From assembly GCA_964447605.1 (NCBI GenBank), contig CAYUTA010000002.1, forward strand, positions 15,146-79,145: DNA of 64,000 bases, read 5' to 3'. The DNA comes from an uncultured Oscillospiraceae bacterium (GTDB lineage: Bacteria; Bacillota; Clostridia; Christensenellales; CAG-138). Below are positions 38,220-47,813 of this stretch, piece by piece. Every line of letters starts with the position of its first letter. Within the stretch, counting starts at the first letter, position 1. The notes beneath the pieces are model-generated. The model searched no databases, was not told the DNA's origin, and worked only from the letters and a program-made list of their open reading frames with translations. A program made the position numbers and the translations under genes.

Positions 38220-40259
38220 TTATTCTTCTTCCGGCTTTTCCGATTCCGCTTCGGGCGGTTCCTGCGGGGGTTGTGTTTCCGTTTCGCGGTCTTCCGCCGC
38301 AACCTGGGCGTGCGCCGCACGCTTGGGCTTATTCAGCTTGCCGACCACGCGCTTGGGATCGGCGCCGTGATAGACGGCTTCGAACTCTTCGCCCGTCACG
38401 CGCTCATAGTCCATGAGCATCTGCGCCACGCGGTCGAGCGCGTCCATATCGGATCGGATGGCCTCGGATGCGCGCGCATACTGCGCGTCCAATATCCTGC
38501 GCACCTCGTCGTCCACAGTGGCCGCGAGCGATTCGCTGTAATTGCGCTGATGCCCCCAATCCTTGGCGATGAATACCTCCTCCTGTCCGCCCAGAAACAT
38601 CGGCCCTACGGATTCGCTCATGCCGTACTCGGTCACCATTTTATGCGCAATCTCGCTGCTCCTCTGCAGGTCGTTGTATGCGCCGGTGGATACGTCGTTA
38701 AACTTGAGCGCCTCCGCCACACGGCCGCCCAGCGCCATTGCAATCCGGTCGAGCAGCTGGTTCTTGGTCACATGCATCATATCCTCTTTGGGCAGCGACA
38801 TGGTGTAGCCCGCCGCCATGCCGCGCGGTACGATGCTTACCTCATGCACCGGGTCGCAGCCCGGCAGCTTCTGCGCAACGATGGCGTGGCCCGCTTCATG
38901 ATAAGCAGTGATGCGCTTGTCGGCCGGGGTAATGACGCGGCTGCGCTTTTCCGGCCCCATCTGTACGCGCGTGATGGCCTCTTCCAGTTCGGCCATCGTG
39001 ATTTTTTCCCGGTTGGAGCGCGCGGCCAAAATTGCCGCCTCATTGAGCACGTTCTCCAGATCCGCGCCCGTAAAGCCCGGCGTACGCATGGCCAGCACAG
39101 ACAACTCCACCTCCGGCGCAAGCGGTTTGTTGCGCGCGTGCACCTTAAGAATTTCCTCGCGGCCCTTTACGTCCGGGTAGCTGACCGTGATCTGGCGGTC
39201 AAAGCGTCCGGGGCGCAGCAGCGCCGGGTCCAGGATGTCCGGTCGGTTGGTCGCGGCAATTACGATGATGCCGCCGTTGGGTTCAAAGCCGTCCATTTCA
39301 ACGAGCAGCTGGTTGAGCGTCTGCTCCCGCTCATCGTGGCCGCCGCCCATGCCCGCGCCGCGGTGCCTGCCAACCGCGTCGATTTCATCGATAAACACGA
39401 CCGCCGGGGTGCTGCGCTTGGCGGTGGCGAACAGATCGCGCACCCGCGACGCGCCCACGCCGACGAACATTTCAACAAAGTCGGAACCGGATATGCTGAA
39501 AAACGGCACCTTTGCCTCGCCCGCAACAGCCTTTGCAAGCAGGGTTTTGCCGGTGCCCGGAGGGCCGACGAGCAAAACGCCCTTCGGGATGCGCGCGCCA
39601 ATGGCGTTGAAACGCGCGGGATCACGCATAAAGTCCACGATCTCCTTGAGCTCATCCTTCTCCTCGTCCGCGCCTGCCACGTCCGCAAACGTGACGCTCA
39701 TTTTGTCATGCAGCTGCAGCCGCGCCTGCGATTTGCCAAAGTTCATCATCTGCTTGCCGCCGCCCTGCTGGCGCATCAGGAAATAATAGAACACGCCGAA
39801 CGCGCCAAAGATCAGCAGATACGGAAGGATGACGGCCCAGATCGATTCCTCCTCAATGTGCGATTCATAGGCAAACGAATAGTCCGCGCTGGAAACTTCG
39901 TCCACGGAGGAAAACTTTTCCGCATTGGCGGCATATACGATGGCGGCCATATCCTGCCGGAACGTCGTTTCCGACGGGATGACCGTGTAGAAGTCCGCGC
40001 GCTTGGGCAGATCCTTCATCTCATATTGACTGTCGCCGTAGAGACCATAGATCTCGCGGTAGGAGACCTGAATGGCCTTGATGGTCGTTTCATCGGCCGA
40101 CGCATTGCCCGCCTCGGTACGGCGCGCCATCTGCAAAAAATCCGTATTGTAATCGAGTGTGTCCGGCCCCTTTTTGCCTGGGTTCATCCCCGACACCATC
40201 ATGATGATCGCGCCGAGAAGCACCACCCAGACAAGCGCCGTTGTGATTTTTTTGTTCAA
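38220..40259 (-). CDS. ftsH: ATP-dependent zinc metalloprotease FtsH
   Basis: GPPGTGKT Walker [10 protein letters not shown] Walker B, the SRH region, and the HEAGHA zinc motif. TTG start at 40259 follows RBS GGAGGA. Confidence 0.95.
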   Translation of the reverse strand: MNKKITTALVWVVLLGAIIMMVSGMNPGKKGPDTLDYNTDFLQMARRTEAGNASADETTIKAIQVSYREIYGLYGDSQYEMKDLPKRADFYTVIPSETTFRQDMAAIVYAANAEKFSSVDEVSSADYSFAYESHIEEESIWAVILPYLLIFGAFGVFYYFLMRQQGGGKQMMNFGKSQARLQLHDKMSVTFADVAGADEEKDELKEIVDFMRDPARFNAIGARIPKGVLLVGPPGTGKTLLAKAVAGEAKVPFFSISGSDFVEMFVGVGASRVRDLFATAKRSTPAVVFIDEIDAVGRHRGAGMGGGHDEREQTLNQLLVEMDGFEPNGGIIVIAATNRPDILDPALLRPGRFDRQITVSYPDVKGREEILKVHARNKPLAPEVELSVLAMRTPGFTGADLENVLNEAAILAARSNREKITMAELEEAITRVQMGPEKRSRVITPADKRITAYHEAGHAIVAQKLPGCDPVHEVSIVPRGMAAGYTMSLPKEDMMHVTKNQLLDRIAMALGGRVAEALKFNDVSTGAYNDLQRSSEIAHKMVTEYGMSESVGPMFLGGQEEVFIAKDWGHQRNYSESLAATVDDEVRRILDAQYARASEAIRSDMDALDRVAQMLMDYERVTGEEFEAVYHGADPKRVVGKLNKPKRAAHAQVAAEDRETETQPPQEPPEAESEKPEEE

Positions 40260-40479
40260 CTATCTATCCTCCACACTTGGCCGCGCGCAAGCGCCGCGGT
40301 CACAATCCATATCTTACGGTCCGTCCTTTACAAAGGCGTCTCGCTCCCGCGCAGGACGGCCCCGGGAACATTCTATAAATTACGTTCATCCGCTTTGCAC
40401 GCTTCAAGCCAGCACGTTCCGGCATGCCGCGCCTTCAGCCGGCAGACAAAGCCCGTTTTGCACAGATCAGCCCGCGCGT

Positions 40480-41040
40480 CTATTCGCAATAAACCGCAGG
40501 CTTGAGCACGCCTACATACGGCAGGTTGCGGTAAACGCCCGCAAAATCAAGCCCGTACCCCACCACAAATTTATTGGGGATGATGAATCCGCAGTAATCG
40601 GGCGTAATTTCACACTCCCTGCGCTCCGGCTTATCGAGCAGGCAGCAGATTTTCAGCGAGGCCGGGTTGCGGCTTTGCAACAGACGCGTCAGATGCGAAA
40701 GCGTCAAGCCGCTGTCCATGATATCCTCGGCAATGATCACGTGCTTGTCGGTAATGGATATATCCATATCCTTGGTGATACGCACAATGCCGCTGGTCTT
40801 TTGCGCGTTTCCATAGCTGCTGATGCCCATGAATTCATAGTGCACGGGAATGGTCATTTTCCGCGCCAGGTCGGAGAAAAACGTTACCGCGCCCTTGAGA
40901 ATGCAGACGAGAATCACATCGTCGCCATAAGCGGCGTAGTCCTTTGAAATCTGCGCGCCCAGTTCGGATACGCGCGCGGCGATGGCCTCCTCCGTCAACA
41001 GAATTTCATCGATGTCGTCCCGCATGTTCTGCGCTCTCAT
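40480..41040 (-). CDS. hpt: Hypoxanthine phosphoribosyltransferase
   Basis: PRPP motif VIIAEDIMDSGLTL plus IPNKFVVGYGLD. ATGA overlap with the tilS stop. Confidence 0.92.
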   Translation of the reverse strand: MRAQNMRDDIDEILLTEEAIAARVSELGAQISKDYAAYGDDVILVCILKGAVTFFSDLARKMTIPVHYEFMGISSYGNAQKTSGIVRITKDMDISITDKHVIIAEDIMDSGLTLSHLTRLLQSRNPASLKICCLLDKPERRECEITPDYCGFIIPNKFVVGYGLDFAGVYRNLPYVGVLKPAVYCE

Positions 41041-42392
41041 TGCTCCGTTTCCTCCTCGTATATAATATGCAGTATCCGCCTGGTCTCAACCGTAATCGCG
41101 GCTTTTTGGCCGACCTCGTATCCGCCCACCCAGTATACCTCGCGCCCGGACGCCAGCAACGGCATATCCCGCAGATGGCGCGGGATTTTTTTATCGGTCA
41201 GATAGTCCGAAAGCTTCCGTTCACCGGGCGCGCCAAGCGGAAAAAAACGGTCTCCGTCACGCCTTGTGCGCACCAAGAGGTCCACCGGCAGCTTATCCGC
41301 GTCCAGATAGGCCTCCCTGCCGTCGGCCGGCCTGCGGAATGCTCCGGCCTCCCCGGCAATTAGCCGCCCGCCGCCCGGCAGCCGCGTTTGGCCCGGGATA
41401 ACGAATGCAACCGCATATGCCTTTGGGCCTGGATAAACGCCCACATACAGGCACGCGCCGTCCACCCATGCGCCGCGTCCGCCGCGCAGTTCGATACAGG
41501 TGCCCGTTTGTGCGGTAAGCAGCGCGCAAACGCGCCGGATATCCGCCCCGGTTACATTGCCGCTTTCCAGCAGCAACCTGCGCACCGCTCTGGACAAAAC
41601 GGGCGGCGCCTGCCCGGCAAGCATGGCCCGGTCATACCCATGGATCCGCGAAGCGCTTTCAAGCGCCTCCTCCGCCAGCCGTTCCAAAAACGCGTCGTCC
41701 TGCGCAGCCAGCCGCGCCGTCTGCGCAAGCGCCTGCGCCGCTTTGGGGTTGAACGATGCAAGCAGCGGCATGAGCTCATGCCGGATGCGGCCGCGCGTTT
41801 GATCAGCGGACGCATTGGTTTGGTCAACGCGGTACGTCAATCCGTTTTCGGCAAGGTACGCCTCGATCAAGGCGCGGCCGACGCGCAGCAACGGCCGGGC
41901 AAGATCGCCGTTTCGGGGCCGCATGGCCGCAAGCCCGCTTGTTCCGCACCCGCGCAGCAGATGCATCAGCAGCGTTTCCGCCTGATCGTCGCGGTGATGC
42001 GCGGTCATGATACAGTCCGCGCCCGCCTCTTTTGCCGCCCTGCGCAAAAACGCGTAGCGCAGCGTGCGCGCGGCCTGTTCGAGCGACTGTCCCTCTGCCG
42101 CGGCGTATGCGGGCACGTCCGCCCGCTCCACGCTAAGCGGCACCTCCAGTTCGCGGCAGAATGCGCGGCAAAACGCCTCGTCCGCATCCGCAGCCTCGCC
42201 GCGGATGCCATGGTGCAGGTGCGCTGCATATACCGCGGCAAGCGCGCCCTCCTCACACAACCGACGCAAAGCATGGGTCAACGCAACAGAGTCCGCGCCG
42301 CCCGACAGGCCGATGAGCACGGTATCGGCGCCGCTCACCCCGCAGTTGTGCAGCATCGATTCTGTTAAAATGCGCACCGCATACTTCTCCAT
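41037..42392 (-). CDS. tilS: tRNA(Ile)-lysidine synthetase
   Basis: PP-loop LIGLSGGADSVAL plus HHRDDQAET. Conserved tilS-hpt-ftsH gene order. Confidence 0.9.
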   Translation of the reverse strand: MEKYAVRILTESMLHNCGVSGADTVLIGLSGGADSVALTHALRRLCEEGALAAVYAAHLHHGIRGEAADADEAFCRAFCRELEVPLSVERADVPAYAAAEGQSLEQAARTLRYAFLRRAAKEAGADCIMTAHHRDDQAETLLMHLLRGCGTSGLAAMRPRNGDLARPLLRVGRALIEAYLAENGLTYRVDQTNASADQTRGRIRHELMPLLASFNPKAAQALAQTARLAAQDDAFLERLAEEALESASRIHGYDRAMLAGQAPPVLSRAVRRLLLESGNVTGADIRRVCALLTAQTGTCIELRGGRGAWVDGACLYVGVYPGPKAYAVAFVIPGQTRLPGGGRLIAGEAGAFRRPADGREAYLDADKLPVDLLVRTRRDGDRFFPLGAPGERKLSDYLTDKKIPRHLRDMPLLASGREVYWVGGYEVGQKAAITVETRRILHIIYEEETEQ

Positions 42393-42537
42393 TATTTAAT
42401 TGTTTTATTGTACCCGCTGCCGCAGAATTTGACAAGAGCGAACCAAAAAATCCATCAAACGATTTCATGCAGAACACGATTTTGACAAAATCCGCCATTG
42501 CCGGTATACTGGCTAACGGAAAGGCGGCTGTCGTTTC

Positions 42538-43341
42538 ATGTCGAACAATGCCTCCGCAACGCCGCACGCCGGCCACAGGGAACGCCTCCGCGCCCGCTAT
42601 GCCGAATTTGGCGGCGAAGGTTTTTTAGACCATCAGTTTTTAGAGCTTTTATTGACCTATGCCGTGCCCAGACGCGACACCAACGAGCTTGCGCACGCTC
42701 TGCTGACGCGCTTCGGCTCGCTCGGGCAGGTCTTTTGCGCGAGCATTGCGCAGCTGCAAACCGTCGACGGCGTCGGCAAAAGCGTCGCGGTGTTTTTGCG
42801 CATGCAGAGCGACCTGATACAGCGGATCTCGCTGGCGTCGCTCGCCGACGCGCGCGGCCGCGTCAAGCTCGGCACGCCGCTTGCCGCCGCGCAGTTCGCG
42901 CTGATGCGCCTGCACGCGCATCCCTACGAAACCATGCTCATGACATGCCTCAACAGCCGCTGCGAGGCCGTCCGCACCGAAACGCTGCAAAGGGGCTCTC
43001 TGACCGAGGCGCCCGTTTACCCCCGCGTAATCGCGGAAACCGCGCTGCTCAATCACGCGCACAGCGTGCTGCTGATGCATAATCACCCCTCCGGCAACCC
43101 CGCGCCGTCCGAGGAGGATTCCTCCGTCACGGAAGCGGTGAAAGCCGCGCTTTCCGGCATCGGCGTGCGTCTCAGCGACCACCTGATCGTCGGCGGCGCG
43201 TTCGTATACAGCTATTCGGCGGACGTGCTGATCGACCTCTCCGCCAGTCGGCCAAAAACGCTCTCCCTTGCGGATTTTGCTTCCGCGCCGGCCGCCGGTT
43301 CAGGCGCTTTGCTCCGGGTGATGGAGGCGTATTCCGACTAG
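42538..43341 (+). CDS. radC: RadC-family JAB-domain protein
   Basis: HhH region LQTVDGVGKSVA and the JAMM motif HNHPSGNPAPSEED. Confidence 0.88.
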   Translation: MSNNASATPHAGHRERLRARYAEFGGEGFLDHQFLELLLTYAVPRRDTNELAHALLTRFGSLGQVFCASIAQLQTVDGVGKSVAVFLRMQSDLIQRISLASLADARGRVKLGTPLAAAQFALMRLHAHPYETMLMTCLNSRCEAVRTETLQRGSLTEAPVYPRVIAETALLNHAHSVLLMHNHPSGNPAPSEEDSSVTEAVKAALSGIGVRLSDHLIVGGAFVYSYSADVLIDLSASRPKTLSLADFASAPAAGSGALLRVMEAYSD

Positions 43342-43365
43342 GTCCGCAACGCAGCTTTGCCGTCA

Positions 43366-43399
43366 TTTTGGATTATTAACATTTCGGATTGTTAACATT
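43366..43399 (+). repeat. Tandem 17-nt direct repeat containing a GTTAAC-like core
   Basis: TTTTGGATTATTAACAT immediately followed by TTTCGGATTGTTAACAT (14/17 identical). Confidence 0.8.
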
Positions 43400-43589
43400 G
43401 CCTCGATATTGCCGCGTTCCATGCGTGCGGGCGTTTCATATCGTCGAACAGGCGGGAATGAGCGGTCTCTTGCATGTGTAAGCGGCAAAACCATCCGCTT
43501 GCAGGACGATTTTTTCATTGCGGGCCGCCGCTGTTCTTTTCCGCGGCCCCTGACCTTTCCATCAGCGCGTTGTAACGATTTTTTGAAGT

Positions 43590-43606
43590 TCCGAATTTGT
43601 TAACAT
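43590..43606 (+). repeat. Third copy of the TTGTTAACAT core, overlapping the stop codon of the small HTH ORF
   Basis: TCCGAATTTGTTAACAT shares the 10-nt core with 43390-43399. It is embedded in a CCGAAT/ATTCGG hairpin. Confidence 0.7.
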
Positions 43607-43854
43607 CGTAATTCGGAGATGGCTTCCTTTTCCTCGCGGCTCCCGGCTTTTTCTTCCAGAGCCGCAATGAGCCCGGGTACCTGCTTATGATAAAACCAGT
43701 CATAGGTGCGCTTAGCTTTTTCCGGCGTCATGCGCAACGTCTTTGCGATTGCGGAATAGGACGCTTTTTCCTCTTTCCGCAGCGCTACGACGCGGGCAAT
43801 CGTTTCCTCGCTCAATTTGGGCTTATATGGCGGCAGGCCCCTGATAAACCACAT
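43600..43854 (-). CDS. Small HTH-like protein; possibly a remnant of a recombinase-type DNA-binding domain
   Basis: 84 aa. KPKLSEETIARVVALRKEEKASYSAIAKTL resembles a resolvase/sigma-region-4-type HTH. The frame stays open upstream, without a start codon, back to a TAG (…NSGIKYILDEYREGEPGRP-M). Confidence 0.4.
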   Translation of the reverse strand: MWFIRGLPPYKPKLSEETIARVVALRKEEKASYSAIAKTLRMTPEKAKRTYDWFYHKQVPGLIAALEEKAGSREEKEAISELRC

Positions 43855-43998
43855 CGGCCTTCCCGGTTCCCCCTCCCGGTATTCGTCCAGGATATATTTG
43901 ATACCCGAATTCCAGGTAAGCTATACAAAGCGACTTGTCCCTGGAACAATCAGACCATCTGTATTCATAGCTTCAGCGTACAAATTTGAGCGGCAAAT

Positions 43999-44043
43999 GA
44001 AAAAAAGTAGGCTGAAATCCTTACGGTTGCTGGATTTCAGCCT
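43999..44043 (-). terminator. Rho-independent terminator of the SIMPL gene
   Basis: Perfect 12-bp stem AGGCTGAAATCC / GGATTTCAGCCT with an 11-nt loop. On the minus strand it is followed by ACTTTTTTTC. Confidence 0.85.
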
Positions 44044-44076
44044 GTTTCCATGCGGTCTGAAAAAGGGCGTGCCCGC

Positions 44077-44799
44077 CTATTCAATTAAAAAATCAACCGT
44101 CACGCGTGCCGGGACGTCGATTGCGCTGGTTTCAAAATCCACGCCGACAAGCGAGCTGTCGTCGCTGGCGGACTCCTCCACGCCCACAACCGCGCCAAGC
44201 GTCACGCCGGCCGCGCCCGCAATGGAGGCCGCCTTAAGCCGCGCGTCCGCCATGGCTGCAAGCAACGCTTCCTGATACGCCGTCGAAGCGTCCATGATGC
44301 CGTAGGTAATGCTTTTCAACTCGCCCGCCGAGGTATCGATGATGCCGGACATGACGCTGTTGGCCGTCGTCAGTTCATGCGCGATGATCGTGATGGTTGC
44401 CGAGGCCAGATAACCCGTGATTGCGCCGTCGGATTCACGCTGCTGGGCCGTGATGCTGATGCCCGTGTCCGTGATGTCGCCGCGCAGCACGCCAAGCGAA
44501 AGCGCGACCTCGTATACGCTGTCAAGGTTCGCCTCGCACGACGCGTTGGCCTGCTCCGCCGTGTCCGATGTGTTTTGCACGTTGAGCGTAAGCGTCGCAA
44601 AGTCCGGCGCGGCAACAACCTTGCCAAGGCCAGAAACCGTGATGATATGCTCGTTTGGCACAAGCTCGTGATTGACAATCACCTGCGGCGTTGCCGGTTT
44701 CGGCGTGGGGCCGGGGACGATCTCCTCCGCCGCCTTACAGCCGGCAATCAGCATGGGCGTCAGCAATGCGGCAACCAGCGCGATCCATTTCAGCTTCAT
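44077..44799 (-). CDS. SIMPL-domain (DUF541) lipoprotein
   Basis: Lipobox LIAGC. Repeated beta-alpha pattern and size are typical of SIMPL / 26-kDa periplasmic immunogenic protein homologues. Confidence 0.75.
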   Translation of the reverse strand: MKLKWIALVAALLTPMLIAGCKAAEEIVPGPTPKPATPQVIVNHELVPNEHIITVSGLGKVVAAPDFATLTLNVQNTSDTAEQANASCEANLDSVYEVALSLGVLRGDITDTGISITAQQRESDGAITGYLASATITIIAHELTTANSVMSGIIDTSAGELKSITYGIMDASTAYQEALLAAMADARLKAASIAGAAGVTLGAVVGVEESASDDSSLVGVDFETSAIDVPARVTVDFLIE

Positions 44800-45107
44800 C
44801 GTTCAGCCTCCAACGATAGATTCCGGTTTTAGTATACGCCATCGCCGCATTCCTGGCAAGCGTTCGGCGCACCCCGGCAGGGACAAACATGAAAGCCGCC
44901 TTTTCACGCGTTTGCGTAAAAAAAGTTCATGTGTTTGGTCTGGCGCCCCGTCCGCTGCCGCGCGTCTCCCTATGCCTGTATTGATATAACCCGCTACGTA
45001 CTTTGCCGCAACCGTTTCACATCCCGTTCCTCTTCCCGCATGCATACGCTTCGGCAAGGCGCTCTCCCACGCTGCCCGCGCGACGCGATTCGACATTTGG
45101 TTCCGAG

Positions 45108-45137
45108 TTGCAAACGTGCCACCAGATGTTGTATAAT
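45108..45137 (+). promoter_or_regulatory. Sigma-A promoter of the ftsK-rimO-pgsA-cinA cluster
   Basis: TTGCAA, an 18-nt spacer, TATAAT, 25 nt upstream of ATG 45162. Confidence 0.65.
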
Positions 45138-45161
45138 ATATTGCATTATTGTGGGAAAGGT

Positions 45162-47813
45162 ATGGTGTTTCGTTTGGCGGCAGGCAAAACTTCCGGCAAA
45201 ACAAAAGCATCCGGCGGTCGGCGCGCCCCGCGCTCCGCCGTCAGCGATGTTGAGCGCCGTCAGCGCGAGATCGCCGGCATCGCGCTCATTGCCGCCGGGG
45301 TTCTCCTTGGCGTTTATATGACGGTTTCCGCGACCGGCTTTCTCGGCACGGTCGGCGTTTCCATTCTGTTCGGCCTGTGCGGCCTTGCCTCGTACGCGCT
45401 GCCGGTTTTTTTCATTTTTCTCGGCATACTCACCATCAAGGGCGTGCGGAACGAGCGGCTTCAGGGCTCGCCCTGGTTTGTTGTGCTCGGCGCGCTTGCG
45501 CTCATGACGCTCCTCCAGGCCATCCACAACGACCCCTATCAGGGCGTTAATTACATGCCCTATATCGATACGGCGTATCAGACCGCCTCTGCGGCGCATC
45601 TTGGCGGCGGCCTCATCGGCGCGGTGCTGTGTTACCCGCTCCAGCTGCTCGGCGGCAACGTGCTGGCCTATACGCTCACCATCGCAGTCATTCTCATCGC
45701 CATCGTGGCCGTGACGGGGCTTTCGCTTGGCGATATGTCCGCAAAGGTGGGCGAATCGATGCATACCGCCGTGCAGAGCATGCGAGACGATATCGTGGAA
45801 ACCAGCCGTGAGCGAAAAAAGATGTCCACGTTCGACCTTGTGCTCGACGAGGCCAATACGCCTCCCCCAGGCAAAAAAAAGACGGCTGCGTCCAGGTCCG
45901 GAAAGCGGGTCGGCAAGCGCAAACAGAAGGCCATGCTTGACGATGTGGACGAGCTGATCTCATTCTTTCCAATTGAGGGCGAGCTTTCGGCAAAGCCCGC
46001 GAGGCATTCCGAGCTGAAGCCGCTTGCGCCCGTGGTAACGGACATCTGGGACGAGATCGAGCCGGCCGTGGACGTGCCGCTGACCATCAATCCCGTTAAG
46101 GGCGCCGCGGGCAGGCCTGCTGAAACGCCCCTCCCCGACACGGTACAGCTGTTTGGCGCGGGGACGCTGCAGCCTGAAAAACCCGCGAAGCGCGTCCCCC
46201 GTAAAAAGGCGGCCGAATCCCCTGCCGAAACCGCCGCGGCTAAGGCCGCAAAGCCCATCCGTGTGGGCGCGGAGCCAAGGGACGGCCAGGGCGACGGCCT
46301 GCCGGACATTGAATTTACCAACGCGCCGGCTTATGTGCCGCCGTCTTTTTCGCTGCTCAACGCAGCCAGCGTCAACTATGGAAAAGGCGGCGAAAGCCCG
46401 CAGGAAAAGGCAAAGCTTCTCATCGACGCGCTCGAGAGCTTTCACATCAGCGCAAAAGTCACCAACATCAGCGTCGGCCCGGTGCTTACGCGCTTTGAGC
46501 TGCAGCCCGCGCCTGGCGTGCGCGTAAGCCGCATCACATCGCTGAACAACGACATTGCGCTGGCGCTCGCCGCGCAGCGGGTGCGCATTGAAGCGCCCAT
46601 TCCGGGCAAGTCCGCGGTAGGCATTGAAATCCCGAACAAGAACACCGTTACCGTTGTGCTGCGCGACATCGTTGAAAGCAGGGAATTTCAATCGAACGAT
46701 TCGGCCGTTACGATGGCGCTTGGCAAGGACATCAGCGGCAACATCATTGTGACCGATCTTGCGCGCATGCCGCATATGCTGATTGCAGGCGCAACCGGCA
46801 GCGGCAAGAGCGTGTGCATCAACGATATCATCATCTCGATGGTTTACAAAAGCTCGCCGGCAGATTTAAAAATGATGCTTATCGATCCCAAGATGGTCGA
46901 GCTGTCCGTGTTCAGCGTGCTGCCGCATCTGCTTATTCCAGTTGTGACCGAGCCGAAAAAGGCCGCGGGCGCGCTGCGCTGGGCAGTCAACGAAATGACG
47001 CAGCGCTATAAGAAGTTTTCCGAAGCGGGCGCGCGCGATCTCAAGCGGTATAACCAGCTGATGGACGTACCGGAGAAGCGGCTGCCCAAGCTGGTGGTCA
47101 TCATCGACGAACTGGCCGACCTGATGATGGTTTCGCCCGACGACGTGGAGGATTCCATCTGCCGCATCGCACAACTCGGCCGCGCGGCCGGAATCCACCT
47201 GATTGTGGCGACCCAGCGGCCCAGCGCGGATATCATTACGGGGCTGATCAAGGCCAACATTCCCTCGCGCTGTGCGTTTGCGGTCAGTTCCGGCATCGAT
47301 TCACGCATCATCCTCGACGCGACCGGGGCTGAAAAGCTGCTTGGCCGCGGCGATATGCTCTTCCACCCCAACGGCGCGGGCAAACCTACACGTTTGCAGT
47401 GCGCGTTCGTCAGTGACGAGGAGGTTGAGCGCATCACCAACCATTTCAAAAACCAGGCCGCGCCCCCCGTGTTTGACGAGCAGGTCATCGCCGACATGGA
47501 CGATTCCGCAACCGGCGGCCCTGCCGGCGGCGTATACGGCGAAGGCAAGCAGGAGGACGAGCTGCTTGGCGCGGCGGTACGCGTCATCCTTGAAAACGGC
47601 GTGGCCTCCACGTCCATGCTTCAGCGCAGGCTGCGCGTGGGTTATACGCGCGGCTCGCGGCTGATCGATATCATGGAGGAGCTCGGCTACGTTTCCCCCT
47701 ACGAAGGCAGCAAGCCGCGCAAGGTGCTTATCACAAAGGAGCAATACGCCGAGACCTTCGGCGACACGCTTCCCTTTGCCGACGTAAAGACGGGGAAGGC
47801 GGACGGAGCATGA
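45162..47813 (+). CDS. ftsK: DNA translocase FtsK/SpoIIIE
   Basis: Four N-terminal TM segments and a Pro/Ala-rich linker. The motor has HMLIAGATGSGKS Walker A and VVIIDELADLM Walker B. The C-terminal gamma domain is a winged helix. Confidence 0.93.
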   Translation: MVFRLAAGKTSGKTKASGGRRAPRSAVSDVERRQREIAGIALIAAGVLLGVYMTVSATGFLGTVGVSILFGLCGLASYALPVFFIFLGILTIKGVRNERLQGSPWFVVLGALALMTLLQAIHNDPYQGVNYMPYIDTAYQTASAAHLGGGLIGAVLCYPLQLLGGNVLAYTLTIAVILIAIVAVTGLSLGDMSAKVGESMHTAVQSMRDDIVETSRERKKMSTFDLVLDEANTPPPGKKKTAASRSGKRVGKRKQKAMLDDVDELISFFPIEGELSAKPARHSELKPLAPVVTDIWDEIEPAVDVPLTINPVKGAAGRPAETPLPDTVQLFGAGTLQPEKPAKRVPRKKAAESPAETAAAKAAKPIRVGAEPRDGQGDGLPDIEFTNAPAYVPPSFSLLNAASVNYGKGGESPQEKAKLLIDALESFHISAKVTNISVGPVLTRFELQPAPGVRVSRITSLNNDIALALAAQRVRIEAPIPGKSAVGIEIPNKNTVTVVLRDIVESREFQSNDSAVTMALGKDISGNIIVTDLARMPHMLIAGATGSGKSVCINDIIISMVYKSSPADLKMMLIDPKMVELSVFSVLPHLLIPVVTEPKKAAGALRWAVNEMTQRYKKFSEAGARDLKRYNQLMDVPEKRLPKLVVIIDELADLMMVSPDDVEDSICRIAQLGRAAGIHLIVATQRPSADIITGLIKANIPSRCAFAVSSGIDSRIILDATGAEKLLGRGDMLFHPNGAGKPTRLQCAFVSDEEVERITNHFKNQAAPPVFDEQVIADMDDSATGGPAGGVYGEGKQEDELLGAAVRVILENGVASTSMLQRRLRVGYTRGSRLIDIMEELGYVSPYEGSKPRKVLITKEQYAETFGDTLPFADVKTGKADGA

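Noticed and set aside
38271-40505. 744-aa plus-strand ORF, the longest ORF in the window by the track
   Set aside because: It is entirely antisense to ftsH, whose translation has every AAA+/zinc-protease motif. The antisense product is an Arg/Ala/Gly/His-rich low-complexity string with no RBS. This is the expected artefact of stop-codon-poor antisense frames in high-GC DNA.
43366-43399. Considered whether the tandem 17-nt repeats here, or the 21-nt repeats at 55506-55578, represent a CRISPR array
   Set aside because: There are only two adjacent copies with no spacer (43366) or two copies with one 31-nt interval (55506). The repeat lengths are below typical CRISPR repeats, and there are no cas genes in the window.
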